DNA from: Flavobacteriaceae bacterium
GTDB taxonomy: Bacteria > Bacteroidota > Bacteroidia > Flavobacteriales > Flavobacteriaceae
Length of the DNA: 64,000 nucleotides
Reading direction: 5' to 3'
Assembly (NCBI GenBank): GCA_013214625.1
Contig: JABSPO010000007.1
Coordinates: forward strand, 7,805 to 71,804
Part shown: positions 29,538 to 38,692 of the stretch, piece after piece
How positions within the stretch are numbered: the stretch's first letter is position 1
Layout of the letters: each line of letters begins with the position of its first letter
Notes under the pieces: model-generated
What the model saw: only the letters and a program-made list of their open reading frames with translations
Database searches by the model: none
What the model was told of the DNA's origin: nothing
Translations under genes and position numbers: made by a program

Positions 29538-30320
29538 ATGGCAAATAACAATCCCATTGGTGTTTTTGATTCAGGAGTAGGTGGCATTTCTATATGGAAA
29601 GAGATTCATCAATTACTACCCAATGAGAGTAGTATTTATTTAGCCGACAGCATTAATACTCCATATGGACAGAAAAGCAAGCAAGAAATCATTGATTTAT
29701 GCTTTAAAAACACTGATCTATTACTCAAGAAAGGCTGTAAACTAATTGTTGTTGCGTGCAATACAGCTACTACAAACGCTATAAAACAACTTAGAGTTAC
29801 ATATAACATTCCTTTTATAGGAATAGAACCCGCTATCAAGCCAGCCGCTTTAAATTCAAAAACAAAATCTATTGGAATTTTAGCTACTAAAGGAACACTC
29901 TCTAGCGAGTTATTTAACAACACTACAGAATTATATTCCGAGAACATAAAAATAGTAGAACAAGTTGGAGTTGGTTTAGTTGAATTAATTGAAGCTGGAT
30001 ATATTGACTCCGAGGAAATGATTAATCTCTTAAAAAAATATCTAAACCCTATGGTCAAAGAGAACATAGATCATTTAGTACTTGGATGTTCACACTACCC
30101 TTTTTTGATCCCAATAATTAAAAAAATAATCCCTAAAAATATTTCAATAATTGATTCTGGAAAAGCAGTAGCTAAGCAAGTGGAAATTATCCTTAGCGAA
30201 CAAAATTTACTAAGTAATAATAATAATAATATATTAAACGAGTTTTACACTAACAGTAATACTACTGTTATTAAAGCTATATTGAATAACAAGTACCCAG
30301 TTTCAAAACAAGATTTTTAA
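29538..30320 (+). CDS. murI: Glutamate racemase
   Basis: GVFDSGVGG, VVACNTAT and LGCSHYP catalytic Cys motifs. Confidence 0.9.
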   Translation: MANNNPIGVFDSGVGGISIWKEIHQLLPNESSIYLADSINTPYGQKSKQEIIDLCFKNTDLLLKKGCKLIVVACNTATTNAIKQLRVTYNIPFIGIEPAIKPAALNSKTKSIGILATKGTLSSELFNNTTELYSENIKIVEQVGVGLVELIEAGYIDSEEMINLLKKYLNPMVKENIDHLVLGCSHYPFLIPIIKKIIPKNISIIDSGKAVAKQVEIILSEQNLLSNNNNNILNEFYTNSNTTVIKAILNNKYPVSKQDF

Positions 30321-30344
30321 ACCATTTCTCAAATAAAAATCATT

Positions 30345-30379
30345 AAAAAAGGACTGTGGTAAAACCACAGTCCTTTTTT
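30345..30379. terminator. Bidirectional terminator between murI and the small lipoprotein gene
   Basis: A6-GGACTGTGG-TAAA-CCACAGTCC-T6. Confidence 0.85.
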
Positions 30380-30399
30380 AATGATTTATACAATTCAGC

Positions 30400-30567
30400 T
30401 TATGGTTGAACCAAAGCACATTCTTTCTCAACAAGTATTTGATTTTTGAATGCTTCAATTTTATCTTTCTTTACCTCACAATAACGTTTCTTACAACTCC
30501 ATCCACTTCTTCCGCATGATGCAAACATAATTGAAACTACTGCCACTAAAACGATACTTTTTTTCAT
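30400..30567 (-). CDS. Small Cys-rich putative lipoprotein (55 aa), not in the ORF track
   Basis: My own reverse-strand translation gives MKKSIVLVAVVSIMFASCGRSGWSCKKRYCEVKKDKIEAFKNQILVEKECALVQP*. It has a signal peptide with lipobox FASC, and its stop is followed by the hairpin at 30345-30379. Confidence 0.5.
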   Translation of the reverse strand: MKKSIVLVAVVSIMFASCGRSGWSCKKRYCEVKKDKIEAFKNQILVEKECALVQP

Positions 30568-30792
30568 CTTATTTTACTTTTAAAATAACCCCCAAGATTA
30601 TTATATTGATTAATTATAGTGTAAATATATATCAAATAACCCTAGTTATAAAACCCAAAAAGCATATAAACAACTGTTTTAAAGCTTCTTACATTATTTT
30701 GATTTCATTATAATCAACAAAAACAAAGAATTAATAAGAATAACTCAGTTAACATATGTTATAGCCAAAGCATCCTCTGTTTATAGGTTAAT

Positions 30793-30826
30793 CTGATGAA
30801 ATACATATAATATCGATGAAATACAT
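30793..30826 (+). repeat. Two copies of (C/T)(T/C)GATGAAATACAT spaced 20 nt apart
   Basis: CTGATGAAATACAT at 30793-30806 and TCGATGAAATACAT at 30813-30826. An exact 13-mer copy lies at 32823-32835. Confidence 0.8.
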
Positions 30827-30900
30827 TATTTTGTGTAATTTTCGACAACATGTTATTCATGCGCAACAAACTTTCTGTCAATGATAAAAAACAAATATGT

Positions 30901-30949
30901 ATAAATTAATAAAGCTACCCAATAGACATGGGTAGCTTTATTAATTTAT
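30901..30949 (-). terminator. Long hairpin terminator after the OmpA-family gene
   Basis: A 20-bp perfect stem, ATAAATTAATAAAGCTACCC / GGGTAGCTTTATTAATTTAT, with a 9-nt loop. Confidence 0.7.
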
Positions 30950-30972
30950 ACAGTCGTTAACACCTATAACTA

Positions 30973-32574
30973 CTAATTAACTATAACAAACTCTATTCTT
31001 CTGTTAATTTCATGCTCATCATCAGAACAATTTTTTGAAAGACAATCAATTATTGTTTGTGACTCTCCAAAACCTTCAGATATTAATCTCTCAGACTTAA
31101 TTCCTTTAGAAATTAAATATTTCATGGTAGATGCCGCCCTTCTTTTAGATAACGCCAAGTTATATGGAGCACTACCTCTAATATCAGTATGTGCATTAAC
31201 TTCAATTTTCATTATTGGGTTTTCTTCTAATACACGTACAATCTTATCCAAGGAAACTTTAGACGAAAGCTTAATAATAGACTTATCAAAAGCAAAATAT
31301 ATGTTTTCAATTTTTATCATTGACCTACCGTCTACTTCTACAATTTCTGGTGCCGTTTGCTCTAAGTTAACTTCTACTTTAAACACACGTTCTGTAGCAG
31401 AGTTCGTTGGTAATTCTATAACATTATCATTATACCCTTCCTTCTTTGTATTTATAGTATACACTTCATAAGGGTCAACATAAGCAGAAAACTCTCCAGA
31501 TTTATTTGTCTTAACAGGAATTACATTACCATCAATATCTACTATTTCAATTTCGGCATCAACAATAATAGCATTGGTTAATTCATCTCTAACAACCCCC
31601 TTAAGAGATTGTTTATTATATTTTAATCTTAACTTATAAACATCTGATCCACCCATGCCACCAGCTTTTGCAGAAGTTACATACCCACGCTTTTCATTAG
31701 CTAACATAAAAGCATAATCATCTTCTGGGCTATTAATTGTAGTCCCTAAGTTTAAAGGCCTAACAAACTCTCCTTTTACATTCCTAGCTCTAAACACATC
31801 TAACCCACCCATGGTATTATGACCGTTAGAAGCAAAATAAAGATACTTTCCTTGCTCATCTATAAAAGGGGTACGCTCATCATTTGGCGTGTTTACCTTA
31901 CCTCCTAAATTAACCGGGTTATCAATTGTGTTATCTTTATTTACATTAACTGAATATAAATCATATCCACCTTGACCACCTGGCATATCAGATGAAAAAT
32001 ACAATGTTTTACCATCTTCAGACAAATAAGGATTCTCAACAGAATAATCGTCACTACTAAAATGAATTTTCTCTTCGTTTAACCATTGACCATTACCCTC
32101 TGCATCTTTTGCTCTATACAGCTGATAATTTCTCTTATCGCCTAATATACTTCTAGTGTAATAAACTGTTTTCTGATCTGGAGAAAAAGTAATAGTTCCT
32201 TCATTATCATTAGTGTTTAAAATTTTAGAATACCCTAATGGTCTATCAAGATCACCCGTTTTTTTTATGGTAGCGCAATAAATCTGGAAATGAGGTTCTC
32301 CAGTTAAAGGATCTTTAGTCCCACCTAATCCACCAACTTTCTTAGCTGATATGACTATGTATTTTTGCTTAAAAAAACCAGATCCATATTCGTGCTCTTT
32401 ACTATTCACTCCTGCATCTGTAACAATAAAATCGAAGTTAGCCGTCAACACATCAGACTTAGCGCTTTCCATTTCATTAATTGCCTCTCCACTAGTTTCA
32501 ATAATATCTTGAGCTTTTACTGTAAAAGCAAACGCAAAAAACAATACTGATAATAATAATTTTCTTTTCATCAT
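30973..32574 (-). CDS. OmpA-family protein with TolB/PD40-like repeats and a CarboxypepD_reg-like domain
   Basis: 533 aa with a signal peptide and repeated YFSSD/YFASN PD40-type units. The C-terminal OmpA-like domain reads NAHTDIRGSAPYNLALSKRRA. Confidence 0.8.
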   Translation of the reverse strand: MMKRKLLLSVLFFAFAFTVKAQDIIETSGEAINEMESAKSDVLTANFDFIVTDAGVNSKEHEYGSGFFKQKYIVISAKKVGGLGGTKDPLTGEPHFQIYCATIKKTGDLDRPLGYSKILNTNDNEGTITFSPDQKTVYYTRSILGDKRNYQLYRAKDAEGNGQWLNEEKIHFSSDDYSVENPYLSEDGKTLYFSSDMPGGQGGYDLYSVNVNKDNTIDNPVNLGGKVNTPNDERTPFIDEQGKYLYFASNGHNTMGGLDVFRARNVKGEFVRPLNLGTTINSPEDDYAFMLANEKRGYVTSAKAGGMGGSDVYKLRLKYNKQSLKGVVRDELTNAIIVDAEIEIVDIDGNVIPVKTNKSGEFSAYVDPYEVYTINTKKEGYNDNVIELPTNSATERVFKVEVNLEQTAPEIVEVDGRSMIKIENIYFAFDKSIIKLSSKVSLDKIVRVLEENPIMKIEVNAHTDIRGSAPYNLALSKRRAASTMKYLISKGIKSERLISEGFGESQTIIDCLSKNCSDDEHEINRRIEFVIVN

Positions 32575-32621
32575 AAATAATTTTTAAAACAACTTATTGG
32601 TAATAGTTTTATTTAAGTCGT

Positions 32622-32629
32622 CAAATGTA
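32622..32629 (-). promoter_or_regulatory. -7 box (TACATTTG on the minus strand) upstream of the OmpA-family gene
   Basis: The forward strand reads CAAATGTA, 48 nt upstream of ATG 32574. Confidence 0.45.
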
Positions 32630-32822
32630 TACTAAAAAACACTGGTAACAAACTGAAAGCCAGTACACAGTAATGTTTTTTTACACAAAAAAACAACTCA
32701 AAAGACCATTTAGTACATATATAACAATGTATTAAGCAAAAACCCTATCTTTTCGCAAAATTCTTTTTTAGAAAGTATTTATTTGGTAAAAATGAAGAAA
32801 CACCGACAATCACATGATATCA

Positions 32823-32835
32823 TCGATGAAATACA
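32823..32835 (+). repeat. Third copy of TCGATGAAATACA, overlapping the 10-bp palindrome TCATCGATGA (32820-32829)
   Basis: Read directly. It is in the same orientation as the 30813 copy. Confidence 0.8.
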
Positions 32836-32857
32836 AGTAGTCGACTCCTTTATACAT

Positions 32858-33283
32858 TTATTTTAAAGAGCGAAGATTTTTTTTAAGAGTTTTATCTGAC
32901 AACTTAACACTATCAATATCCTTCTTTATTTTAAGACTATCCTGAATAATTTTTTCTATCTGTGCTTTTTCTGCATCAAACCTTAGCTTGATACGTTCTT
33001 CAATCCCTTTAGCTTTTTTAAAAGAAAACGTTGCATAGTATTCAATGTTTTGACGTAGTGTAATACTATCTATTTTATATTTTTCATATATATAAACATC
33101 CGCCTGAACATTATTATCTTTAAGAATTTTATAGCTTTTACTTTTTGCTGCTTTAAGCAAACTTATGTCGTATAATATCTCCTCCATTACTGGCTGATCT
33201 ATTAAATTATCAGGTTCAGGAGCTTTAAAGCTCTTATCACAAGAAACCGTTACTAACAATAAAACTAATAAAAAAAACCTCAT
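32858..33283 (-). CDS. Lipoprotein (DUF4296-like)
   Basis: 141 aa with lipobox VSC. It lies directly downstream of the dihydroorotase gene, an arrangement I recall as conserved in flavobacteria. Confidence 0.5.
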   Translation of the reverse strand: MRFFLLVLLLVTVSCDKSFKAPEPDNLIDQPVMEEILYDISLLKAAKSKSYKILKDNNVQADVYIYEKYKIDSITLRQNIEYYATFSFKKAKGIEERIKLRFDAEKAQIEKIIQDSLKIKKDIDSVKLSDKTLKKNLRSLK

Positions 33284-33285
33284 AA

Positions 33286-34626
33286 TTACCTATCAAAAGT
33301 TAAACGCATTCCTTTCTTTACATCGTAAAACTTGAAGTTTTTATATACTAAATTTCCATTTACAAATGTGTGTGAAATTCTTGATTTAAACGTATTTCCT
33401 TCAAAAGGAGACCATCCGCATTTATAAAATATATTATCTTCAGTAACTGTCCATGGTTTATTTAAATCTACTAAAACCATATCAGCAAAATACCCTTCCT
33501 TAATATAACCTCTTTTATCTATTTTAAACAACTTGGCTGGGTTATGGCACATTTTTTCAACAATCTTCTCTAAGCCAATTTTCCCATTATGGTACGCTTC
33601 AAGCATACTTACTAAACCATGCTGAACCAATGGCCCGCCAGATGGAGCACTAGTATAAGGATTGTCTTTTTCTTCTTTTGTATGAGGCGCATGATCTGTT
33701 GCAATAACATCAATTCTATCGTCCAATAACGCTTCCCATAATCCATCTCTATCTTTTTCAGTTTTTACAGCCGGATTCCATTTAATTAAGCTTCCTTTTT
33801 CTTCGTAATCTTTATCGGTAAACCATAAGTGGTGCACACATACTTCCGCAGTAATTTTCTTTTCTTCTAATGGTATTTTATTTGTAAACAGATTTGTTTC
33901 TTTTGCTGTAGATAAATGAAACACATGTAACCTTGCTCCTGTTTTTTTAGCTAGTTCTATTGCTTTTGAAGATGAGATATAACAAGCCTCTTCACTTCTT
34001 ATTATTGGGTGATACTTCATAGGTATATCATCCCCAAATTCCGCTTTATATTTTTCTAGATTTCTTCTTACCGTACCTTCATCTTCACAATGTACAGCAA
34101 TTAACATATCAGTACTAGAAAATATTTTCTCTAACACCTCTTCATTATCAACTAACATATTCCCGGTAGAAGAACCTAAGAATAATTTTATTGCAGCAAC
34201 ATTAGCCGAGTCCACTTTCATGATCTCATCCAAATTATCATTTGTTCCACCAAACATAAATGAATAATTTGCGTATGACGATGCTCTTGCTATTTTAAAC
34301 TTCTTATTTAATTCCTCAATTGTTGTTGTTTGAGGGTTTGTATTTGGCATTTCAATAAACGAAGTTATCCCTCCGGCAACTGCTGCCCTAGACTCTGTTT
34401 CAATAGTAGCTTTATGAGTTAATCCCGGCTCTCTAAAATGTACTTGATCATCAATAACTCCTGGTAGTAAGTATTTTCCTTCCGCATCATATACATTTAC
34501 ATCGGGTGATTTTGCGCTAATGTTCGAAGCTACCTCAACAATATACTTTCCTTCTATATATACATCACCATGAAAAATTTCATTTTCATTAACGATATTT
34601 GCGTTTTTTATAAGTACTTTATTCAT
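33286..34626 (-). CDS. pyrC: Dihydroorotase (amidohydrolase family)
   Basis: 446 aa. DDQVHFREPG (metal-binding HxH region) and ATDHAPH are typical. Confidence 0.85.
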   Translation of the reverse strand: MNKVLIKNANIVNENEIFHGDVYIEGKYIVEVASNISAKSPDVNVYDAEGKYLLPGVIDDQVHFREPGLTHKATIETESRAAVAGGITSFIEMPNTNPQTTTIEELNKKFKIARASSYANYSFMFGGTNDNLDEIMKVDSANVAAIKLFLGSSTGNMLVDNEEVLEKIFSSTDMLIAVHCEDEGTVRRNLEKYKAEFGDDIPMKYHPIIRSEEACYISSSKAIELAKKTGARLHVFHLSTAKETNLFTNKIPLEEKKITAEVCVHHLWFTDKDYEEKGSLIKWNPAVKTEKDRDGLWEALLDDRIDVIATDHAPHTKEEKDNPYTSAPSGGPLVQHGLVSMLEAYHNGKIGLEKIVEKMCHNPAKLFKIDKRGYIKEGYFADMVLVDLNKPWTVTEDNIFYKCGWSPFEGNTFKSRISHTFVNGNLVYKNFKFYDVKKGMRLTFDR

Positions 34627-34655
34627 AATATCTTTCGTTCCTTTTCAGACTTATT

Positions 34656-35378
34656 TTATTTGCTAAACAAACTTTTTATTTTCATTAAAATTACTCCAAA
34701 CACAGCTTCGGAAATTATTGATCCATCCATTTTTGAAGTTCCTTTTGTCCTATCAGTAAAAATTACTGATACCTCCTCAACCTTAAAGCCTTTTATATAG
34801 GCCTTAAATTTCATTTCAATTTGAAAAGCATAGCCTACAAATTGAATTTTATCAAAATTTATTGCTTCTAAAACACTACGCCTATAACATATAAATCCCG
34901 CGGTGGCATCATTAATATCCATCCGAGTGATTACCTGAACATATTTTGATGCGAAATAGGACAACAACACTCTATTCATTGGCCAGTTAACCACATTAAC
35001 TCCTGATTTATACCTTGACCCTATTGCTAAATCTGCTCCGTTTTCATGGCACATTTGATACAACCTGAATAAATCATTTGGATTATGAGAAAAATCCGCA
35101 TCCATCTCACAAATATATTCATATTGGCGTTCAAGCGCCCATTTAAAACCATGAATATATGCTGTACCTAAGCCTTCCTTCCCTTTTCTATTTTCAAGAA
35201 ATAATCTTTCTGGAAAATCCTTTTGTAACTCTTTTACTTTATGAGCAGTTTTATCGGGAGAATTATCATCTACTATAAGGATAGCGACTTCAGACGACAC
35301 TTTAAAAGTAGCCCTGATAATTGCTTCTATATTTTCAATTTCATTATATGTAGGTATAACAACTAGAGTATCTCTCAT
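34656..35378 (-). CDS. Polyprenol-phosphate mannosyltransferase-like glycosyltransferase (GT2)
   Basis: VVIPTYNE, VDDNSPD and MDADFSH motifs. Confidence 0.8.
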   Translation of the reverse strand: MRDTLVVIPTYNEIENIEAIIRATFKVSSEVAILIVDDNSPDKTAHKVKELQKDFPERLFLENRKGKEGLGTAYIHGFKWALERQYEYICEMDADFSHNPNDLFRLYQMCHENGADLAIGSRYKSGVNVVNWPMNRVLLSYFASKYVQVITRMDINDATAGFICYRRSVLEAINFDKIQFVGYAFQIEMKFKAYIKGFKVEEVSVIFTDRTKGTSKMDGSIISEAVFGVILMKIKSLFSK

Positions 35379-35467
35379 AATGGGGGTAAAAGTAATCTTT
35401 TAAATTTTTAATTTTATTAATATTTTCTAAAATTGTAACTACATTTAAATTGAGTAGTTTTGCAACA

Positions 35468-36130
35468 ATGGAATTTCTATTACGAAATATTGAATATAGC
35501 GAACACCTAACCTATTTAATTTTAGGTTCTTTACTGGTAATTATGTGTCTGAAACAGATATATAGCTATCAGTTTGAAGAGTTTTTAAGCGTACTCACCA
35601 ATGGTAAATATTTTATTCTACACAATAAAGGCGACAAAAAGAATAATTTATTTAACAGTCTGTTTTACATATTTTTCGCGATAAATATTTCAGTTTTCAT
35701 ATACATAGCACTAAAGTCTTTAAAGTTCGATCTCAAAAACAGCATTGAGCTTTTTGCTATTATTTTTATTTTCATAAACGGCTATTTTATATCAAAATAT
35801 TTGATTGAAAAGATCATTTTTGAAGCTTTAGATTTAAATTCAGGTTTTGAAAATTACAATTTCCAGAAGCTAACCTGTATTAATTTTATCAGTCTATTTA
35901 TATTTTTAACTAACATAGTTTTCTTATACATATCACCTAACCCAAGCGAAATTTGGATACATACTAGCATTGGGATTTTCTTTTCCCTGTACTTGATAAG
36001 TGTCACAATTATAATACTGTACAATCAAAAAATGTTTTTAAAGCATTGGTTTTATTTTATTTTGTATCTTTGCGCTCTTGAAATCGCGCCCTTTTTAATT
36101 GGTGCTGTTTTAATACAAACTAATCTTTAA
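35468..36130 (+). CDS. Polytopic membrane protein (DUF4271-like)
   Basis: Six or so TM helices. It lies immediately upstream of hemD, as in other Bacteroidota. ATG 35468 is preferred over the track's TTG 35450. Confidence 0.55.
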   Translation: MEFLLRNIEYSEHLTYLILGSLLVIMCLKQIYSYQFEEFLSVLTNGKYFILHNKGDKKNNLFNSLFYIFFAINISVFIYIALKSLKFDLKNSIELFAIIFIFINGYFISKYLIEKIIFEALDLNSGFENYNFQKLTCINFISLFIFLTNIVFLYISPNPSEIWIHTSIGIFFSLYLISVTIIILYNQKMFLKHWFYFILYLCALEIAPFLIGAVLIQTNL

Positions 36131-36143
36131 ATAATTTGGGAGT

Positions 36144-36887
36144 ATGAAAGTGAAAACTATCTTAGTTTCTCAGCCAGAACCAAAGGTTGAAAATTCACCT
36201 TATTTTGATTTGGTTGAAAAACAAAAAGTGAAGATTGATTTTAGATCTTTTATTCATGTAGAAGGTATAGAGTCTAAAGAAGTTCGTAAACAAAAAATCG
36301 ATTTTTCTGAATATACCGCTGTAATTTTAACCAGTAGAAATGCTGTAGATCATTATTTTAGAGTTGCTGAAGAAATGCGTTTTAAAGTTCCTGATAGCAT
36401 GAAGTATTTTTGTCAATCAGAAGCTGTAGCGTATTACCTACAAAAATATGTTGTTTACAGAAAACGTAAAATTTATGTTGGTAAAAGAACTTTTCCGGAA
36501 TTAGTTCCGTTAATCAAAAAATATAAAAACGAAAAATTCTTATTACCCTCTTCTGACAAATTAAAACCTTTAATTCCAACTACTTTAAACGAATTAAAAG
36601 TTACCTGGAAAGAAGCTACGCTTTATAAAACTGTTGTAAGTGACTTATCTGATTTAGCGGATGTTTCTTACGATATTTTAGTTTTCTTTAGTCCATCTGG
36701 GATTGACTCTTTATTAAAGAACTTCCCTAAATTTATACAAGACGAAACACGTATTGCTGTTTTCGGGAACACTACTATTAAAGCGGCTAATGATGCTGGA
36801 TTAAGAATTGACATCAAAGCACCGTCACCTGAAACACCATCAATGACAATGGCTTTAAAGAAATACATTAACGAGGTGAATAAGTAA
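36144..36887 (+). CDS. hemD: Uroporphyrinogen-III synthase
   Basis: 247 aa of the HemD-like two-lobe family (ILVSQP, ILTSRNAV, VFFSPSG). Confidence 0.75.
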   Translation: MKVKTILVSQPEPKVENSPYFDLVEKQKVKIDFRSFIHVEGIESKEVRKQKIDFSEYTAVILTSRNAVDHYFRVAEEMRFKVPDSMKYFCQSEAVAYYLQKYVVYRKRKIYVGKRTFPELVPLIKKYKNEKFLLPSSDKLKPLIPTTLNELKVTWKEATLYKTVVSDLSDLADVSYDILVFFSPSGIDSLLKNFPKFIQDETRIAVFGNTTIKAANDAGLRIDIKAPSPETPSMTMALKKYINEVNK

Positions 36888-36913
36888 TATATTCATACAC
36901 TCTAATCATATCT

Positions 36914-36947
36914 AAATACCTGAAAATAAATTTTTCAGGTATTTTTT
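36914..36947 (+). terminator. Terminator after hemD
   Basis: AATACCTGAAAA / TTTTCAGGTATT stem followed by a T-run. Confidence 0.8.
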
Positions 36948-37080
36948 GTTTTTAATAAATATATCATATTCGAAACGAAATACCATAGAGTGGCAAATCG
37001 AATTATTAATGACTTATTTCCAAAAACAATATATTTTAGCCACTTGTTTGATTTCTCCTATCGTCGAAATGACTAAGCAT

Positions 37081-37110
37081 AAAAAAACCTCGCTTTGCGA
37101 GGTTTTTTTA
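37081..37110. terminator. Bidirectional terminator downstream of ahcY
   Basis: A7-CCTCGC-TTT-GCGAGG-T7. The heptamer repeat separates it from the ahcY stop. Confidence 0.8.
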
Positions 37111-37113
37111 TGT

Positions 37114-37160
37114 AATTCAAAATTCAAAATTCAAAATTCAAAATTCAAAATTCAAAATTC
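37114..37160. repeat. Heptanucleotide tandem repeat (AATTCAA) x 6.7
   Basis: Six perfect AATTCAA units plus a partial AATTC, read directly. It ends at the first base of the ahcY stop codon. Confidence 0.95.
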
Positions 37161-38476
37161 TAGTATCTATAGTGTTCTGGCTTGTATGGTCCAGCAACAG
37201 TTACACCAATATAAGATGCTTGGTCTTCACGTAACTCCGTTAACTCAACACCAATTTTTGCTAAGTGTAATTTCGCTACTTTCTCATCCAATTCTTTTGG
37301 CAACATGTATACTTCGTTTTTATACGCTTCTATATTTGTCCATAATTCTATTTGAGCCAAAGTTTGGTTTGTAAATGAGTTAGACATTACAAAACTTGGA
37401 TGGCCAGTTGCACATCCTAAATTTACCAAACGTCCTTCAGCTAAAAGGATAATATCTTTTCCAGCAATATTATATTTATCAACTTGAGGTTTAATGGTAT
37501 CTTTTGTATGTCCGTGGTTTTTATTTAACCATGCCATATCAATTTCATTATCAAAGTGACCAATGTTACAAACAATAACCTTGTCTTTCATTGCTTCAAA
37601 ATGACGTCCTTGAATAATATCTTTATTCCCAGTAGTTGTAATAATGATATCAGAATTTGCAACTACAGTTTCTAATTTCTTTACCTCAAAACCGTCCATT
37701 GCAGCTTGTAAAGCACAAATAGGGTCAATTTCTGTAACAGTAACGATAGAACCAGCACCTTTAAAAGAAGCCGCCGTACCTTTACCTACATCACCATAAC
37801 CACAAACAGTTACACGTTTACCTGCTAACATAATATCAGTTGCTCTACGAATTGCATCAACTGCAGATTCTTTACATCCGTATTTATTATCAAATTTAGA
37901 TTTTGTAACAGAATCATTTACGTTGATTGCTGGCATTGGTAGTGTTCCTGCTTTTACCCTATCATATAAACGGTGAACACCTGTTGTAGTTTCTTCAGAT
38001 AGTCCATTAATTCCAGCAGCTAATTCTGGATATCTATCCAAAACCATGTTAGTCAAATCTCCACCATCATCTAAAATTAAGTTTAATGGCTTCTTGTCTT
38101 CTCCAAAGAATAAGGTTTGTTCAATACACCATTCAAACTCTTCTTCTGTCATATCTTTCCATGCATACACAGGTGTTCCTGCAGCAGCAATTGCAGCTGC
38201 AGCTTGATCTTGTGTAGAAAAAATATTACAAGAACTCCAAGTAACCTCCGCTCCTAAAGCTTGTAAAGTTTCAATTAAAACAGCAGTTTGAATAGTCATG
38301 TGTAAACATCCTGCAATACGAGCTCCTTTTAATGGTTGCTCATTTTTATACTCTTCACGTAAACTCATTAACCCAGGCATTTCTGCTTCTGCCAAGTCCA
38401 TTTCTTTTCTACCCCAATCCGCTAAAGAAATATCTTTAACTTTAAACGGAACATATGCAGTTGTTTTTGTACTCAT
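37160..38476 (-). CDS. ahcY: Adenosylhomocysteinase
   Basis: 438 aa. [15 protein letters not shown], the NAD site GYGDVGKG, and the C-terminus YRY are canonical. Confidence 0.95.
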   Translation of the reverse strand: MSTKTTAYVPFKVKDISLADWGRKEMDLAEAEMPGLMSLREEYKNEQPLKGARIAGCLHMTIQTAVLIETLQALGAEVTWSSCNIFSTQDQAAAAIAAAGTPVYAWKDMTEEEFEWCIEQTLFFGEDKKPLNLILDDGGDLTNMVLDRYPELAAGINGLSEETTTGVHRLYDRVKAGTLPMPAINVNDSVTKSKFDNKYGCKESAVDAIRRATDIMLAGKRVTVCGYGDVGKGTAASFKGAGSIVTVTEIDPICALQAAMDGFEVKKLETVVANSDIIITTTGNKDIIQGRHFEAMKDKVIVCNIGHFDNEIDMAWLNKNHGHTKDTIKPQVDKYNIAGKDIILLAEGRLVNLGCATGHPSFVMSNSFTNQTLAQIELWTNIEAYKNEVYMLPKELDEKVAKLHLAKIGVELTELREDQASYIGVTVAGPYKPEHYRY

Positions 38477-38692
38477 AATATGCTGTTTTTATTTATTTTT
38501 ATTCACCTACAACTAACTGCAGGTTAATTATTAAATAGTATTTTTACAAAAAACACAAATGTGTTATTTTTTCGTGTTCAAAGGTACGCAATAACTTTTA
38601 ATCCCACCAAGGGTTTGCTTTATTGAAATTTACCTCTGTTTAATGTTCATTTAAGAACCACCACGTATATTGCAATGAGGTAATTGAATGCT

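Noticed and set aside
30216-30230. An (AAT)5 trinucleotide repeat inside murI, encoding NNNNN.
   Set aside because: It is short and in frame, sits in a poorly conserved C-terminal region, and is common in AT-rich genomes. I do not consider it significant on its own.
37114-37160. Whether the tandem repeat is a CRISPR array.
   Set aside because: The units are 7 nt and contiguous, with no spacers. No cas genes are present. It is a microsatellite.
36946-37374. A 142-aa plus-strand ORF running through the terminator, the heptamer repeat and the 3' end of ahcY.
   Set aside because: It reads through a strong hairpin terminator and a microsatellite (giving [14 protein letters not shown]), then runs antisense to ahcY. 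It is not a plausible gene.
38477-38683. Whether an SAH or SAM riboswitch lies upstream of ahcY.
   Set aside because: I see no resemblance to the SAH-riboswitch core sequences I remember. Only a generic nested hairpin is present, and I report that separately as low-confidence.
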